From: Nanobdellati archaeon
Lineage (GTDB): Archaea; EX4484-52; GLR71
NCBI GenBank assembly: GCA_019429125.1
Contig: JAHYJO010000020.1
Coordinates: forward strand, 1 to 18,576
DNA: 18,576 bases
Direction of reading: 5' to 3'
Shown here one piece after another: positions 1-8,809 of this stretch. The notes under the pieces are model-generated. The model was not told the DNA's origin and did no database searches. It saw nothing but the letters and a program-made list of their open reading frames with translations. The first letter of the stretch is position 1, and each line of letters begins with the position of its first letter. The position numbers were made by a program, and so were the translations under genes.

Positions 1-29
1 AAGACAAGAATTATTACAACTGTATTCAT
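1..29 (-). CDS. Possible 5' end of a gene running off the window (MNTVVIILV...)
   Basis: ATG at 29-27 on the minus strand is followed by hydrophobic, signal-peptide-like codons. Only 9 codons are visible. Confidence 0.25.
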
Positions 30-127
30 TCTCTAAAAAAACAGAGTTGTTGAGTAGTTTAAGTAAATTATGGGTAAATGGGTTTTTTACACATAAACTT
101 TCTAATTATTTGTCGCTTTGACTATAG

Positions 128-962
128 ATGATTGTTATATATTATGACTTGACCAACTGCCAAAGACGAAATGTTGATGCAATTATCAGAAATGGTGGAC
201 TTTTATTTCCTAAACCGTTCCAAATATATACTTCAGGATAAATAGGACCTTATTATATACAAAGTGTAGCAGTTACAATTAATGGTAATGATTAAAGCTA
301 TGCAATTGATTCAATTAAGGGTTTAATTGAACGACATATAGATTATGAATATGACGTCATTGCAGGTGGTGACTCTCACGATTGGGACTTTTCAAATCCA
401 ACTGTATTTGCACTTAATAAAGCGCATGCTAAGCTATACAAAAATATAAAAAATCTTGGAGCTGATATGTCTGGAAAAAATGTGATTCTTGTTTCTGATC
501 ACAATAATATGGGTTTATCTGTCAGAGATTGCTGGATGCCAGAAATTACTGGCTCTGAAGGAAAAAATAAAGGATGTTTTTTTCTATATAGACAGAGTAG
601 ATAAAGATGTGCAAGCACTCAAAGACCTTGGCATAAAATCACATTCAGTGGTTAAATTTGATGCAGTCACATGGGACTATCTTTATGAGATTGAGATAAT
701 AACGGATGAAATGTATTCCTTGCTAATGAACCACATAGGTAATGAAGACAGTTGGGTATGAAATATACTTTTAAGTTCGGGAGGATTACAAAAAATGAGC
801 GAACTCTTAACCAGTACAGATGACAATGTAAAGGTAAAGGCTGAAAATGTATTAGATGACGGATATCTACACCTTAAATATGAGATTCTTGAAGGAATAC
901 TTGATTTACAAGTAAATCACTTCAAACGGCAGACAAAGAATGCGTGGTCAACTTCAAAATGA
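128..962 (+). pseudogene. pyrE: Orotate phosphoribosyltransferase-like (type I PRTase) pseudogene
   Basis: Manual translation from ATG128: ...AIIRNGGLLFPKPFQIYTSG*IGPYYIQS...NGND*SYAI...YDVIAGGDSHDWDFSNP...GADMSGKNVILVSDHNNMGLSV...EGK. An extra A in the A-run at 562-567 shifts into the frame of track ORF 489..761 (IKDVFFYIDR...LKDLGIKSHSVV...SWV*NILL...). Stops are at 239-241 (TAA), 293-295 (TAA) and 759-761 (TGA). YTSGxxxPYY, DVIAGG, GKNVILVSD (PRPP loop) and the xxDR motif follow OPRT order. The 3' end is uncertain because the frame runs into the fibrillarin gene. Confidence 0.8.
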
Positions 963-1573
963 CCTAGGTTCAAGTCTGATATTATGTCAAACTTTTCTTG
1001 TAGTTTCTTTTTCTCTTGCGCAAATATAACTTTTGGGTTTGCACTGACATCAATGCTTCTTGCCTTTATAGCAATCATTGCAAGACCGCCTTTTTTCAAA
1101 AAGATTTCTGCATTCCTTATGAATATTGCGCTCTGATCTTTTTGGGCAATGTCCTGATACAGAACATTTACTTTTTCGATACGTGATGCAAACTTCTGAG
1201 GCATCCTTGCATCTGACAAGATAGGGATTATGTTCTGTCTTCTTTTTGCAACATACAAAAGGTCCCTTATTGATCTTGGTGAGAATTCAACACCATATAT
1301 AACTCCTCGTGGACCTACAATGTCTGAGATGTGACTTGCAGTTGTGCCACTTGCAATTCCTAAATATAATACTTTTGCGCCCTCAAAAAGACCTGTCTCC
1401 TTAAGACCCATCCTCAATGCTGCACCCAATTTACTTTTTTTAGGATCCCAGATACGATACTCGTCTTTACCTTTATTGAGAGTCTTCTCATCATAGACCT
1501 TGTATCTTGGTACCATGCTTAAGGTTGCAAAATCTTTTCCGAACCTGTAAATACCATCAATTGTATCTTTCAT
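917..1573 (-). CDS. flpA: Fibrillarin-like rRNA/tRNA 2'-O-methyltransferase
   Basis: YRIWDPKKSKLGAA, VLYLGIASGTTASHISD, YGVEFSPR, NIIPILSDAR, YQDIAQKDQ and IKARSIDVS are hallmark fibrillarin motifs. It lies directly downstream of Nop5. Confidence 0.97.
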   Translation of the reverse strand: MKDTIDGIYRFGKDFATLSMVPRYKVYDEKTLNKGKDEYRIWDPKKSKLGAALRMGLKETGLFEGAKVLYLGIASGTTASHISDIVGPRGVIYGVEFSPRSIRDLLYVAKRRQNIIPILSDARMPQKFASRIEKVNVLYQDIAQKDQSAIFIRNAEIFLKKGGLAMIAIKARSIDVSANPKVIFAQEKKKLQEKFDIISDLNLGHFEVDHAFFVCRLK

Positions 1574-1578
1574 AATAA

Positions 1579-2625
1579 TTAACCCTTAAGATTTTCTATC
1601 TTTTTGTCAAACTTTTCTTTAAGCAAGTCGCCACCTGATAGTTTCTTGTTAAAATAATCCATCCGGAATGCGATTGACAGTGTGCTTGCAAGCATTCTTG
1701 AACGTTTACCGCGTTCATTCTTTTTTGATTGATTTATTACTGGAGCTTGAAAAATTAGACCGTGTTTAGGAGATGGACCCTGACCCATTATGTGTCTGAA
1801 AAGCGCTTTTTCAGCACCCATAACCTGAATAGTTGAGGATGGCATTTTTGCTAGTTTTTCAAGAGAACCTGCATCAGCTAAAAGACGAGATGCCAAAGTT
1901 GGACTTATTATCCTTGTAGCATTCGGCATAATCTGGGTCGCTTTAGTCTCAACATAAGTCTCAAGAGCTTTCATCTGATTATAAATACTATCTATAAGAA
2001 TCGCATAGTTTTGAAACTGAATTATATCTGCAACAGAATAATCCCCACCCATACTTAGTCCTGAATTGCCGGACAAGTCTTCACGTTTAGGATTGTTGGC
2101 CAGTATAAATACCAGTTTCTCATTAGACCTTACAGTTTCAAGAAGTTCAGGGTAATAAAGACCGTACCATTCCTTAAGACGGATAGATAATGTGTTTGCT
2201 GTGGATTCAAGCTCGTCAATTGTGCTTACTGCATGGACTAATAGACGGTCTTCGGTTGATGATGCCTTGATTGATGTTTTTGTAATTTCTGAATTGAGCT
2301 CGTTGATAAATGTATAATATTCACCTGCGTCTTTTACGAAACCGGTCGATATTGCAAGTTTTGATAGGTTGTTTCTTATCGTGTCTCCGGATATGTTTGG
2401 AAACTCGCTTGTATAACCATCTTTCTGAATTTCAAAGATTACCTTGTTATCTTTTTTATCAAGCTTTTTTATCAGTTCTTTATCATCGTCTGTAAGGTTT
2501 GAACTGCTTGCATTGATGAACCTGTCTTTTGCATCATCAAGCTTAAATATGATTGAAGCTAACTGTTTTCCATTTGCGTCATGCGCGAACAGACCGATTG
2601 GAGAAAGAGAAATATATGCATACAT
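1579..2625 (-). CDS. nop5: C/D box sRNP core protein Nop5 (Nop56/58)
   Basis: RLKEWYGLYYPEL, MPSSTIQVMGAEKALFRH and PKHGLIFQ are Nop-domain motifs. Canonical nop5-fibrillarin operon with a 5-nt gap; GGTG SD upstream. Confidence 0.96.
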   Translation of the reverse strand: MYAYISLSPIGLFAHDANGKQLASIIFKLDDAKDRFINASSSNLTDDDKELIKKLDKKDNKVIFEIQKDGYTSEFPNISGDTIRNNLSKLAISTGFVKDAGEYYTFINELNSEITKTSIKASSTEDRLLVHAVSTIDELESTANTLSIRLKEWYGLYYPELLETVRSNEKLVFILANNPKREDLSGNSGLSMGGDYSVADIIQFQNYAILIDSIYNQMKALETYVETKATQIMPNATRIISPTLASRLLADAGSLEKLAKMPSSTIQVMGAEKALFRHIMGQGPSPKHGLIFQAPVINQSKKNERGKRSRMLASTLSIAFRMDYFNKKLSGGDLLKEKFDKKIENLKG

Positions 2626-2697
2626 ATTGAGTTACACCACGATTACACAAAGGTTTATAAAACTTTATCTTTAAAAGTCTTTGCAATTGGTGACAAT
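2626..2697. promoter_or_regulatory. Compact divergent promoter region for nop5/flpA and rps17e
   Basis: 72-nt gap with palindromic TTTATAAA (2654-2661) and a second TATA-like TTTAAAA near 2670. GGTG(A) SD motifs precede both start codons. Confidence 0.55.
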
Positions 2698-2889
2698 ATG
2701 GGAAAAATAAAACACACATTTATTAAAAGAAGTGCTAGACGTATCTATGAACAGAATCCTAAAGAATTCTCCACAGATTTTAATACTAATAAAAAAGCAA
2801 TAGCTGCAAAAACTGTTGTTGAAAGCAAAAGCATCAGAAATAAGATGGCTGGATACATGATTAAGATTATTAAGAATAAGACATTTTAA
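2698..2889 (+). CDS. rps17e: 30S ribosomal protein S17e (eS17), 63 aa
   Basis: MGKIKHTFIKRSAR...FSTDFNTNKK...SKSIRNKMAGY matches eS17. The true start is ATG2698 after the GGTGA SD, not 2581. Confidence 0.96.
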   Translation: MGKIKHTFIKRSARRIYEQNPKEFSTDFNTNKKAIAAKTVVESKSIRNKMAGYMIKIIKNKTF

Positions 2890-3225
2890 ACTTCTCTTAT
2901 TCTTTATTTTTTCATATTTTATTAAATAGAATTAGTCATATACCTAAAATCAAAACTTTCTCAGACATATAAAAATAAAAAACAGCTATCATCTAATATC
3001 CCTATTAACTATGAGGACTTGATAAATGGTAAAACACAATACGACAAGAGCAGTACCATATTTTTTGTAGGTATTAAACTCTTAGAAATAAGTTTAATGT
3101 CTTTTAATATATAATCTTTAGAATAACCATTCTCATAAAATTCATTAATACTTTTGTGGTACTTGTTTAGCAAAAAAATAATCAATATGCTTCAGCCGTT
3201 ATGGTGTGATTCCCAATAAATTATA

Positions 3226-3379
3226 ATTTTTACAAAATCAATAGCTAACGCTTAAAAATGTGTTGTTAAAAAATCGTAAAAATTATTTAATCTTATTTTT
3301 ATAAAATCGATAGCTTGCACCCAACTTAAAAAAGTATAAATACAATTATTTCAAAAAATAGTAGTTATCTCTTAAAAAA
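3226..3379 (+). repeat. Degenerate direct repeats in a long AT-rich intergenic region
   Basis: ATTTTTACAAAATCAATAGCT (3226-3246) vs ATTTTTATAAAATCGATAGCT (3295-3315) match at 19/21. Each is followed shortly by CTTAAAAA. A weaker third unit ends in CTTAAAAAA at 3371-3379. Confidence 0.55.
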
Positions 3380-3483
3380 TCAAAATTAAGCAAGACAAAA
3401 ATTAGCTAAACAAATACGAAAATTATAAAAATAATATATTTTAGAGTATTTAAAGTTTTCTATAATTATAACGGTTTTTAGGT

Positions 3484-3528
3484 CTGTTAATTATCAGATA
3501 TACAAATAGGATTATAAATAATTAACAG
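3484..3528. repeat. Perfect 11-bp inverted repeat, 23-nt spacer
   Basis: CTGTTAATTAT (3484-3494) / ATAATTAACAG (3518-3528). Confidence 0.7.
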
Positions 3529-3660
3529 CCATAACAGTGTTTTGTTGTTTTTCCAGATTTTTCAGATATAAGCCGTAATGAATATAAATCTTCATACCTA
3601 ATTTTAGTTTGAAAAGTATAACGCTTTTTTAGTTTTAATATATAGGATTGGTGTTATTAT

Positions 3661-4092
3661 ATGGAAGATGAAGGCAATACTGAATTTGAAGATAATATTC
3701 GTAAAATGATGTTAGATGAAATTAGTAATATACGACTAACTCACCTTAGAGAGTATGCATTAGATAATCAGGATACATTGAAAACTATATATGGCAACGG
3801 TATCCTTGATGATGCAAATATAGAAAACGCATTAGAAAAACCAATGTTAATCCAACTATGGGTTAATTATAAAATGTTAAGTACGGGACTTGTACCTCTT
3901 GAGAATCTATACAAACCAGAATTGATTGCATATGCATTAGAAAATGATATGTTTTCAGAAGAACAACTTACATTAATACCTTTAAATCATGATGGTGATA
4001 CTTTACTAAGTATCATAAAGATGTATGGACAAAAAGATTTATTTAGTTCTCTTAAAGATGAACTACTAAACCCAAAACCTAATTGTTATTGA
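3661..4092 (+). CDS. Hypothetical acidic, helical protein (143 aa)
   Basis: ORF with a GGTG SD-like motif upstream and protein-like composition. HDGDTLL faintly resembles an ankyrin repeat start, too weak to call. Confidence 0.7.
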   Translation: MEDEGNTEFEDNIRKMMLDEISNIRLTHLREYALDNQDTLKTIYGNGILDDANIENALEKPMLIQLWVNYKMLSTGLVPLENLYKPELIAYALENDMFSEEQLTLIPLNHDGDTLLSIIKMYGQKDLFSSLKDELLNPKPNCY

Positions 4093-4095
4093 GAC

Positions 4096-4320
4096 TTAAT
4101 CAATAACTTTTGCCTTGTGCTCGCCTAAAACAGAAACTAATAACTGGTTTATGTAGTTTATGTTTACTGGTTCCTTTAAGAAAATCACTATTGATTTGCG
4201 TACATCTATCTTGTCAAGATCTTCAATCTCAAAAGAGTCTATATTATCTGCACCACTTAACTTTTCTTCCAAGACCTTTTTCTTGTCATCAATTATTATT
4301 TCAAGAGATAATACTTCCAT
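4096..4320 (-). CDS. Small hypothetical protein (74 aa)
   Basis: ATG start with TATA-like TATATAAA about 25 nt upstream. It converges on 3661..4092 with a 3-nt gap and has globular alpha/beta-like composition. Confidence 0.6.
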   Translation of the reverse strand: MEVLSLEIIIDDKKKVLEEKLSGADNIDSFEIEDLDKIDVRKSIVIFLKEPVNINYINQLLVSVLGEHKAKVID

Positions 4321-4451
4321 ACAATATGTTAATATGATAAGTTTTATATATGTTATTGTCGGAACTTGGAAAATAGGTTTAGTCAGATAAAAAAATATAA
4401 CCTATATATCTGTTGCTATCAAATGTAAATTATAAGTGTCATGTGATTTAA

Positions 4452-5588
4452 ATGGTAAGATTAAAGATTGGGTTTTTCGGTTTCGGTTATGTAGCATCAA
4501 CATTGACCTGTGGTATTGAACGGGTTAAGGCGGGCGAAATTGACCTTACAGGAATACCTCTTGAAAATAAGATTCCAGGATGCAATGTTGAGGAAATTGA
4601 GGTCGTGTGCGGATTTGATGTAGACAAAAGAAAGATTGGCAAGAATGTGTCTGCGTTTGTTAATATGTACCCTGAACTTAAGCAGAGGGGAACATTTGAC
4701 AATATCAAAATACATCAGGGCGTAAATCTCAATTCTACAGAAGGTATGCCATTTGAGGCTGAAGGTATTGATGACAATAATACACTTGAAGATTGTGCAA
4801 AGATTATTGTGGAGTGCATAATTAATGACGATCTTGACTGCACAATTGTTGTCACTGCAACTGAAGAGATATATGATGTTGACTCAATCTCTGCGCTTGA
4901 GGCAATTATCAAAGAAGATAAGAAAGACAATATTACGGCATCTATGTTTTATGCATACTGCGCATTTGTTGCTGCAAAAAAAAGAGGACGTGGTATTGTC
5001 CACATAAATGGGATACCTAGCAAAATTGCTAACAGTGTTGTGTTTTCTGAGCTTGCCCAAAAAAGTGGTTCGGTGCTGATAGGAGATGATATCAGTTCGG
5101 GGCAGTCACGGTTATTGTCAGATCTTATGGAACATTATAAGGAAATCAATAGGACAATACTGAGTGCTATCGGAGCCAACTGGGGTGGCAACATGGACTT
5201 CTACAGGTTGCAGGACGAGAAACGGAACGAGAGCAAGAAGATTACCAAGACTGGGTGCGCAAAAGATATCTTAGGATACGACATACCATCAGACATCAAA
5301 CCCCATGCATACCTTTCAAACCTGGGAGATAAGAAATCAATATTTATGCATTTCCCTATGAGACTTTTCAATGGCGCTGAAGATGAAATATTCATATGCG
5401 GAAGGATTAATGACAGTCCGGCTGCGGCTGGGATGTTGATTGATATGAGCAGACTGGGCGCACTTGCGATATCACGAGATGAATTTGGTGTAAATGCAAC
5501 AATCAATTCGTTTTACTGCAAATGGTTCGGTAAACAGCACAGCAAGATACTTGCATACCAAAAACTTATTGAATGGGTTCGGAAATAA
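4452..5588 (+). CDS. ino1: Myo-inositol-1-phosphate synthase (archaeal/Thermotoga type)
   Basis: GFGYVAS Rossmann motif, FDVDKRKIGK, GDD, NWGGNMDF, RNESKKITKT, LGDKK, RINDSPAAAGMLID. Confidence 0.92.
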   Translation: MVRLKIGFFGFGYVASTLTCGIERVKAGEIDLTGIPLENKIPGCNVEEIEVVCGFDVDKRKIGKNVSAFVNMYPELKQRGTFDNIKIHQGVNLNSTEGMPFEAEGIDDNNTLEDCAKIIVECIINDDLDCTIVVTATEEIYDVDSISALEAIIKEDKKDNITASMFYAYCAFVAAKKRGRGIVHINGIPSKIANSVVFSELAQKSGSVLIGDDISSGQSRLLSDLMEHYKEINRTILSAIGANWGGNMDFYRLQDEKRNESKKITKTGCAKDILGYDIPSDIKPHAYLSNLGDKKSIFMHFPMRLFNGAEDEIFICGRINDSPAAAGMLIDMSRLGALAISRDEFGVNATINSFYCKWFGKQHSKILAYQKLIEWVRK

Positions 5589-5642
5589 TTAAGTCTCAAA
5601 TATAAATACTTCAAAAGACAATGTATATACAATAGTGATATT

Positions 5643-6200
5643 ATGGAATCCTTAGAATTTGAGAAAGCAATCAGGTATCCTTTCAACAGATTGAAAGGTA
5701 TGCTTAATGTGCTATGGTTATTTGTGCCTATTTTCGGATGGCTTGCGCTAGTAGGATATGTGGTGCGGATTGTAAATGAATTTATCGATGGTAAGTTTGA
5801 AGAGTTGCCTACAATAAAGTTCATAGATGATATGAAACTCGGGTTTATGATGTTCTTGAAAATGATACCGTTTATATTAGTCTATGTAGTTCTGATAAGC
5901 GGAATTGGTATGATTAGTGAGACACTTTCTGGTATCATAGCATTATTTACAGCGATATTTGCTATACCTATGCTAAACATGAACTTCATGAGAAAGCAGA
6001 CGGTCGGATCTTATTTTGAGTTAGGTATACTAAAGGCTGTGACTGAAAATCTCGGAGACTATATTATCATGATGCTTAAAGGAATTGCTTTGACTATCAT
6101 ATTCACGATAATGGCAATATTTTTAGTTGGTATACCTGCACAGATGTTTACTAAAAATATCTTTATTGCAGACTTTTATAGACGGTATGTCAAGGGATAA
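5643..6200 (+). CDS. DUF4013-like membrane protein
   Basis: AIRYPF...PIFGWLALVGYVVRI...LP...GF pattern with several TM segments. Confidence 0.75.
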   Translation: MESLEFEKAIRYPFNRLKGMLNVLWLFVPIFGWLALVGYVVRIVNEFIDGKFEELPTIKFIDDMKLGFMMFLKMIPFILVYVVLISGIGMISETLSGIIALFTAIFAIPMLNMNFMRKQTVGSYFELGILKAVTENLGDYIIMMLKGIALTIIFTIMAIFLVGIPAQMFTKNIFIADFYRRYVKG

Positions 6201-6229
6201 GTTCCCTTTTTTCTTTCTTTTTTATTTTT
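6192..6229 (+). terminator. Hairpin plus oligo-T terminator
   Basis: AAGGGA-TAAGT-TCCCTT stem spanning the stop codon, followed by long T-rich tracts. Confidence 0.6.
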
Positions 6230-6282
6230 GTAATAGCGCGAGCAATAAGGTTTTTAAGTGTTAGATAGATAATATTTCTACT

Positions 6283-7161
6283 ATGCCCAAAAAAGATGAT
6301 TACTGCATCATTGTTGTGGAAGGTATTGACGGCGCAGGTAAAAGCTTGTATGCAAGAATGATTGCACTTTACTTCGAAGAGAGAGCAAATATTGATGATG
6401 TAGATGTTGGAAAAATACTAGTAAGCAATTTCCCAAGATACGAAATTATAGATCCAACAAATGGAGAAGCAAAAGATTTTATTGATTATATAGATGCACC
6501 TGAAAACAATTTAAGAGATAAAATATTAAAACGAAAATCAGAGCAAGGGATATACAATAAAATAAAAGATATGTTTAAGGCACCGTCACACACGATACCT
6601 AATTATTTCTTGAACAAGGCACAAGACATAAGTCATAAGAATAATCTGGATGTTCTTGCCGGATTTTTTTATGTATGCGCAAATCTTATGCATAGACCAA
6701 TCATTAATTATATGTACCAAAAAGATGATTTTGACATACTTATAATGGACAGGTATCCACTATACACATCATTTGTATATCTTGATCATTATGCTGGCGC
6801 ATTCTCAAAGGTAATAAATAAAGTTTTGAGTGAAGACATCAAGATGGGCATAATTGAACTTGTTTCAGGTGCGCGATTGCCAGATATTTATGTTGCGCTT
6901 GATGTAGCTTCAAACATTGCTTACAAACGTATAAATGCTATGGGTCGGCTCAATAAGAGACAAGACAGCCATGAGACAGAAGAGAACTTGGGCAAGATAC
7001 GAGCAGTTTATCAAAGACTTACAGAACTTACCAAACAAAAAGATGTTTTTGTGATTGAGGCAGATACGGGATTATTAGATGATAGATTATCTGAAAAAGA
7101 AAACATTGAAAGAGTGGTCAAAGAAGTCGGTGAAAAGATATATCAGAAGATTAAAGGATAG
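6283..7161 (+). CDS. tmk: Thymidylate kinase-family (dNMP kinase) protein with a long insertion
   Basis: VEGIDGAGKS P-loop, FPRY, MDRY..TSFVY, PDIYVALDV...AYKRI and HETEENLGKIRAVY. At 292 aa it is longer than the typical ~200-220 aa. Confidence 0.8.
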   Translation: MPKKDDYCIIVVEGIDGAGKSLYARMIALYFEERANIDDVDVGKILVSNFPRYEIIDPTNGEAKDFIDYIDAPENNLRDKILKRKSEQGIYNKIKDMFKAPSHTIPNYFLNKAQDISHKNNLDVLAGFFYVCANLMHRPIINYMYQKDDFDILIMDRYPLYTSFVYLDHYAGAFSKVINKVLSEDIKMGIIELVSGARLPDIYVALDVASNIAYKRINAMGRLNKRQDSHETEENLGKIRAVYQRLTELTKQKDVFVIEADTGLLDDRLSEKENIERVVKEVGEKIYQKIKG

Positions 7162-7208
7162 TCACTACTCTTTTTTTAGTTATAAAATTAAAAGATAAGT
7201 ATTGTCTA

Positions 7209-8720
7209 TTATCTTACATAGCTGTTGAAAAAGTGTCTTATGTATTTCTCGGATGTTTCTTTTTGCATTATGTCATCGGTTGAAATATCTACTTTGTCTT
7301 TTTGTTCTGTAAATATTATCCATTCTACAAGACTATCAATCATATATGCAAAAACTGTATCTATAGCTTTACTATCTGTTCCTGTCTGTTTGTAGAAATT
7401 TATTGGATTTCCAGAGTTAAGAAGATTTATTCGTTTATTGTTTAGGTTTATGATTTCAGTAAGACCATCATTTGCAACTTTATATTTTTTAATTTGCTCT
7501 TGAGAAAATTCAGCATTATTAGTTGAACAATTAATAAGATATACATTATCTTTAAGGACTTTCAGATGATTTAAATCAAGAGCAGAATCAATGCCTGTTG
7601 TGCTAAATATTATATCATAAGTAGAAACCTTATCAAGGTCTTTTATCATGTCATGATTGTTTAATAACATTTTTGCACTTGCGACTATATCCACATCATA
7701 CCCACAGACGTGAGTAAATCTTTTTTCAAGAATATTGATTAAATAGGATCCTATGCTACCTGTACCTAAGATTAAAACTCGTTTATTTAGTCCAAATTCA
7801 TAGTTGTAATCTCTTGAATAGGTGATAAAAGCATCAAATATGCCTTTTGCAACTAATGGGTTTTCTATTAATTTTTTTAAATTAGATGTTGCTATTGAAA
7901 TTCGTGGAAGATTGTCATTATGTATGTTGTGTCCGTTTTTTGTGTCTTCAATAAGGAATATGCGTTTATTGTTTGTTATATCTTTTGTTATATTATAAAA
8001 TATTCCAGATAAATCAAAAACAAGTATTTTTTTATTGTGTTTGTTTAAGGAAGCGATTATATTTTTTGTGTCAAAAAAATCATTGTTTTCTGTAATTTTT
8101 GAAATTGTTTTTGCGGCTGTTTCACAATATGAATATTTTTTACAGATAAAGTAGATTTTAGTATCAAATAATTGTTTTAAATGTTGTATAAATCTCTCAG
8201 TTTTTGTGTCACAATGGTTTATAACTACAATTTCAAAATCAATCTCTTTTATTTTATCTATGTTTTCTTTGTTGATTAACATATATGGATTGTATGGTAT
8301 CTCTTGTAAAAATATGATTTCTAACTCTTTTTTAACATCTTCAAACAGTTCATCTTTTATCTCCAAATAATCGTTGTAGGTAAACCATTTAGCTTCACTA
8401 ATCTCTGCATCCATCTTTAGGGTATATGTATCCGATTTTGCATAATATATGAAATCAAAATGAAATTTTTTGCCTAAATCTTCAAGCTGGGCATACCTGT
8501 AAGACACTACTTTATTTGATAGGACTTCTTTTCGAGCCATTATTTTTACATCAAGACCTACTTCTTCTTTAATTTCTCTTAGAACTGCTTGGTCGGGGGT
8601 CTCGTCGGGGTCTACTTTCCCACCTACAGGGAGCCATCTTTTTATTTTGGGATGGTTGATTAGAAGTACTTTGTCTTTAAAAATTATGTATGCTGTTGCT
8701 GCGAATTTTGTCGGTTTCAT
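7209..8720 (-). CDS. NUDIX hydrolase fused to an S-adenosylhomocysteine-hydrolase-like NAD-binding module
   Basis: Canonical Nudix box GKVDPDETPDQAVLREIKEEVGL. The C-terminal part has, in SAHH order, INHCDTKT, FDLSG, EDTKNGH, IATSNLKKLIEN, GTGSIG, STTG and LLNSGNPINF. ATG8720 is preferred over TTG8723. Confidence 0.75.
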   Translation of the reverse strand: MKPTKFAATAYIIFKDKVLLINHPKIKRWLPVGGKVDPDETPDQAVLREIKEEVGLDVKIMARKEVLSNKVVSYRYAQLEDLGKKFHFDFIYYAKSDTYTLKMDAEISEAKWFTYNDYLEIKDELFEDVKKELEIIFLQEIPYNPYMLINKENIDKIKEIDFEIVVINHCDTKTERFIQHLKQLFDTKIYFICKKYSYCETAAKTISKITENNDFFDTKNIIASLNKHNKKILVFDLSGIFYNITKDITNNKRIFLIEDTKNGHNIHNDNLPRISIATSNLKKLIENPLVAKGIFDAFITYSRDYNYEFGLNKRVLILGTGSIGSYLINILEKRFTHVCGYDVDIVASAKMLLNNHDMIKDLDKVSTYDIIFSTTGIDSALDLNHLKVLKDNVYLINCSTNNAEFSQEQIKKYKVANDGLTEIINLNNKRINLLNSGNPINFYKQTGTDSKAIDTVFAYMIDSLVEWIIFTEQKDKVDISTDDIMQKETSEKYIRHFFNSYVR

Positions 8721-8809
8721 CAATTTAATTAGTTCTTATTATTTTTAAGCATTATGTATGTTCATAAAAAGAATAATATAATCTCTGAAAATAGGAGAGA
8801 GTAAGAGTT

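Noticed and set aside
489-761. 90-aa ORF as an independent gene
   Set aside because: It is the post-frameshift part of the pyrE-like pseudogene with a spurious N-terminus.
2581-2697. 39-aa N-terminal extension of eS17
   Set aside because: It overlaps the nop5 start and the promoter region. The SD motif and family N-terminus indicate ATG2698.
3226-3411. CRISPR array
   Set aside because: Only two good copies, low-complexity AT-rich units, an irregular third spacing and no cas genes.
3495-3595. C/D box guide sRNA on the minus strand (ATGAAGA...CTGA...CTGA)
   Set aside because: Box spacing is far longer than the ~12-nt guides of archaeal sRNAs and no C' box is evident.
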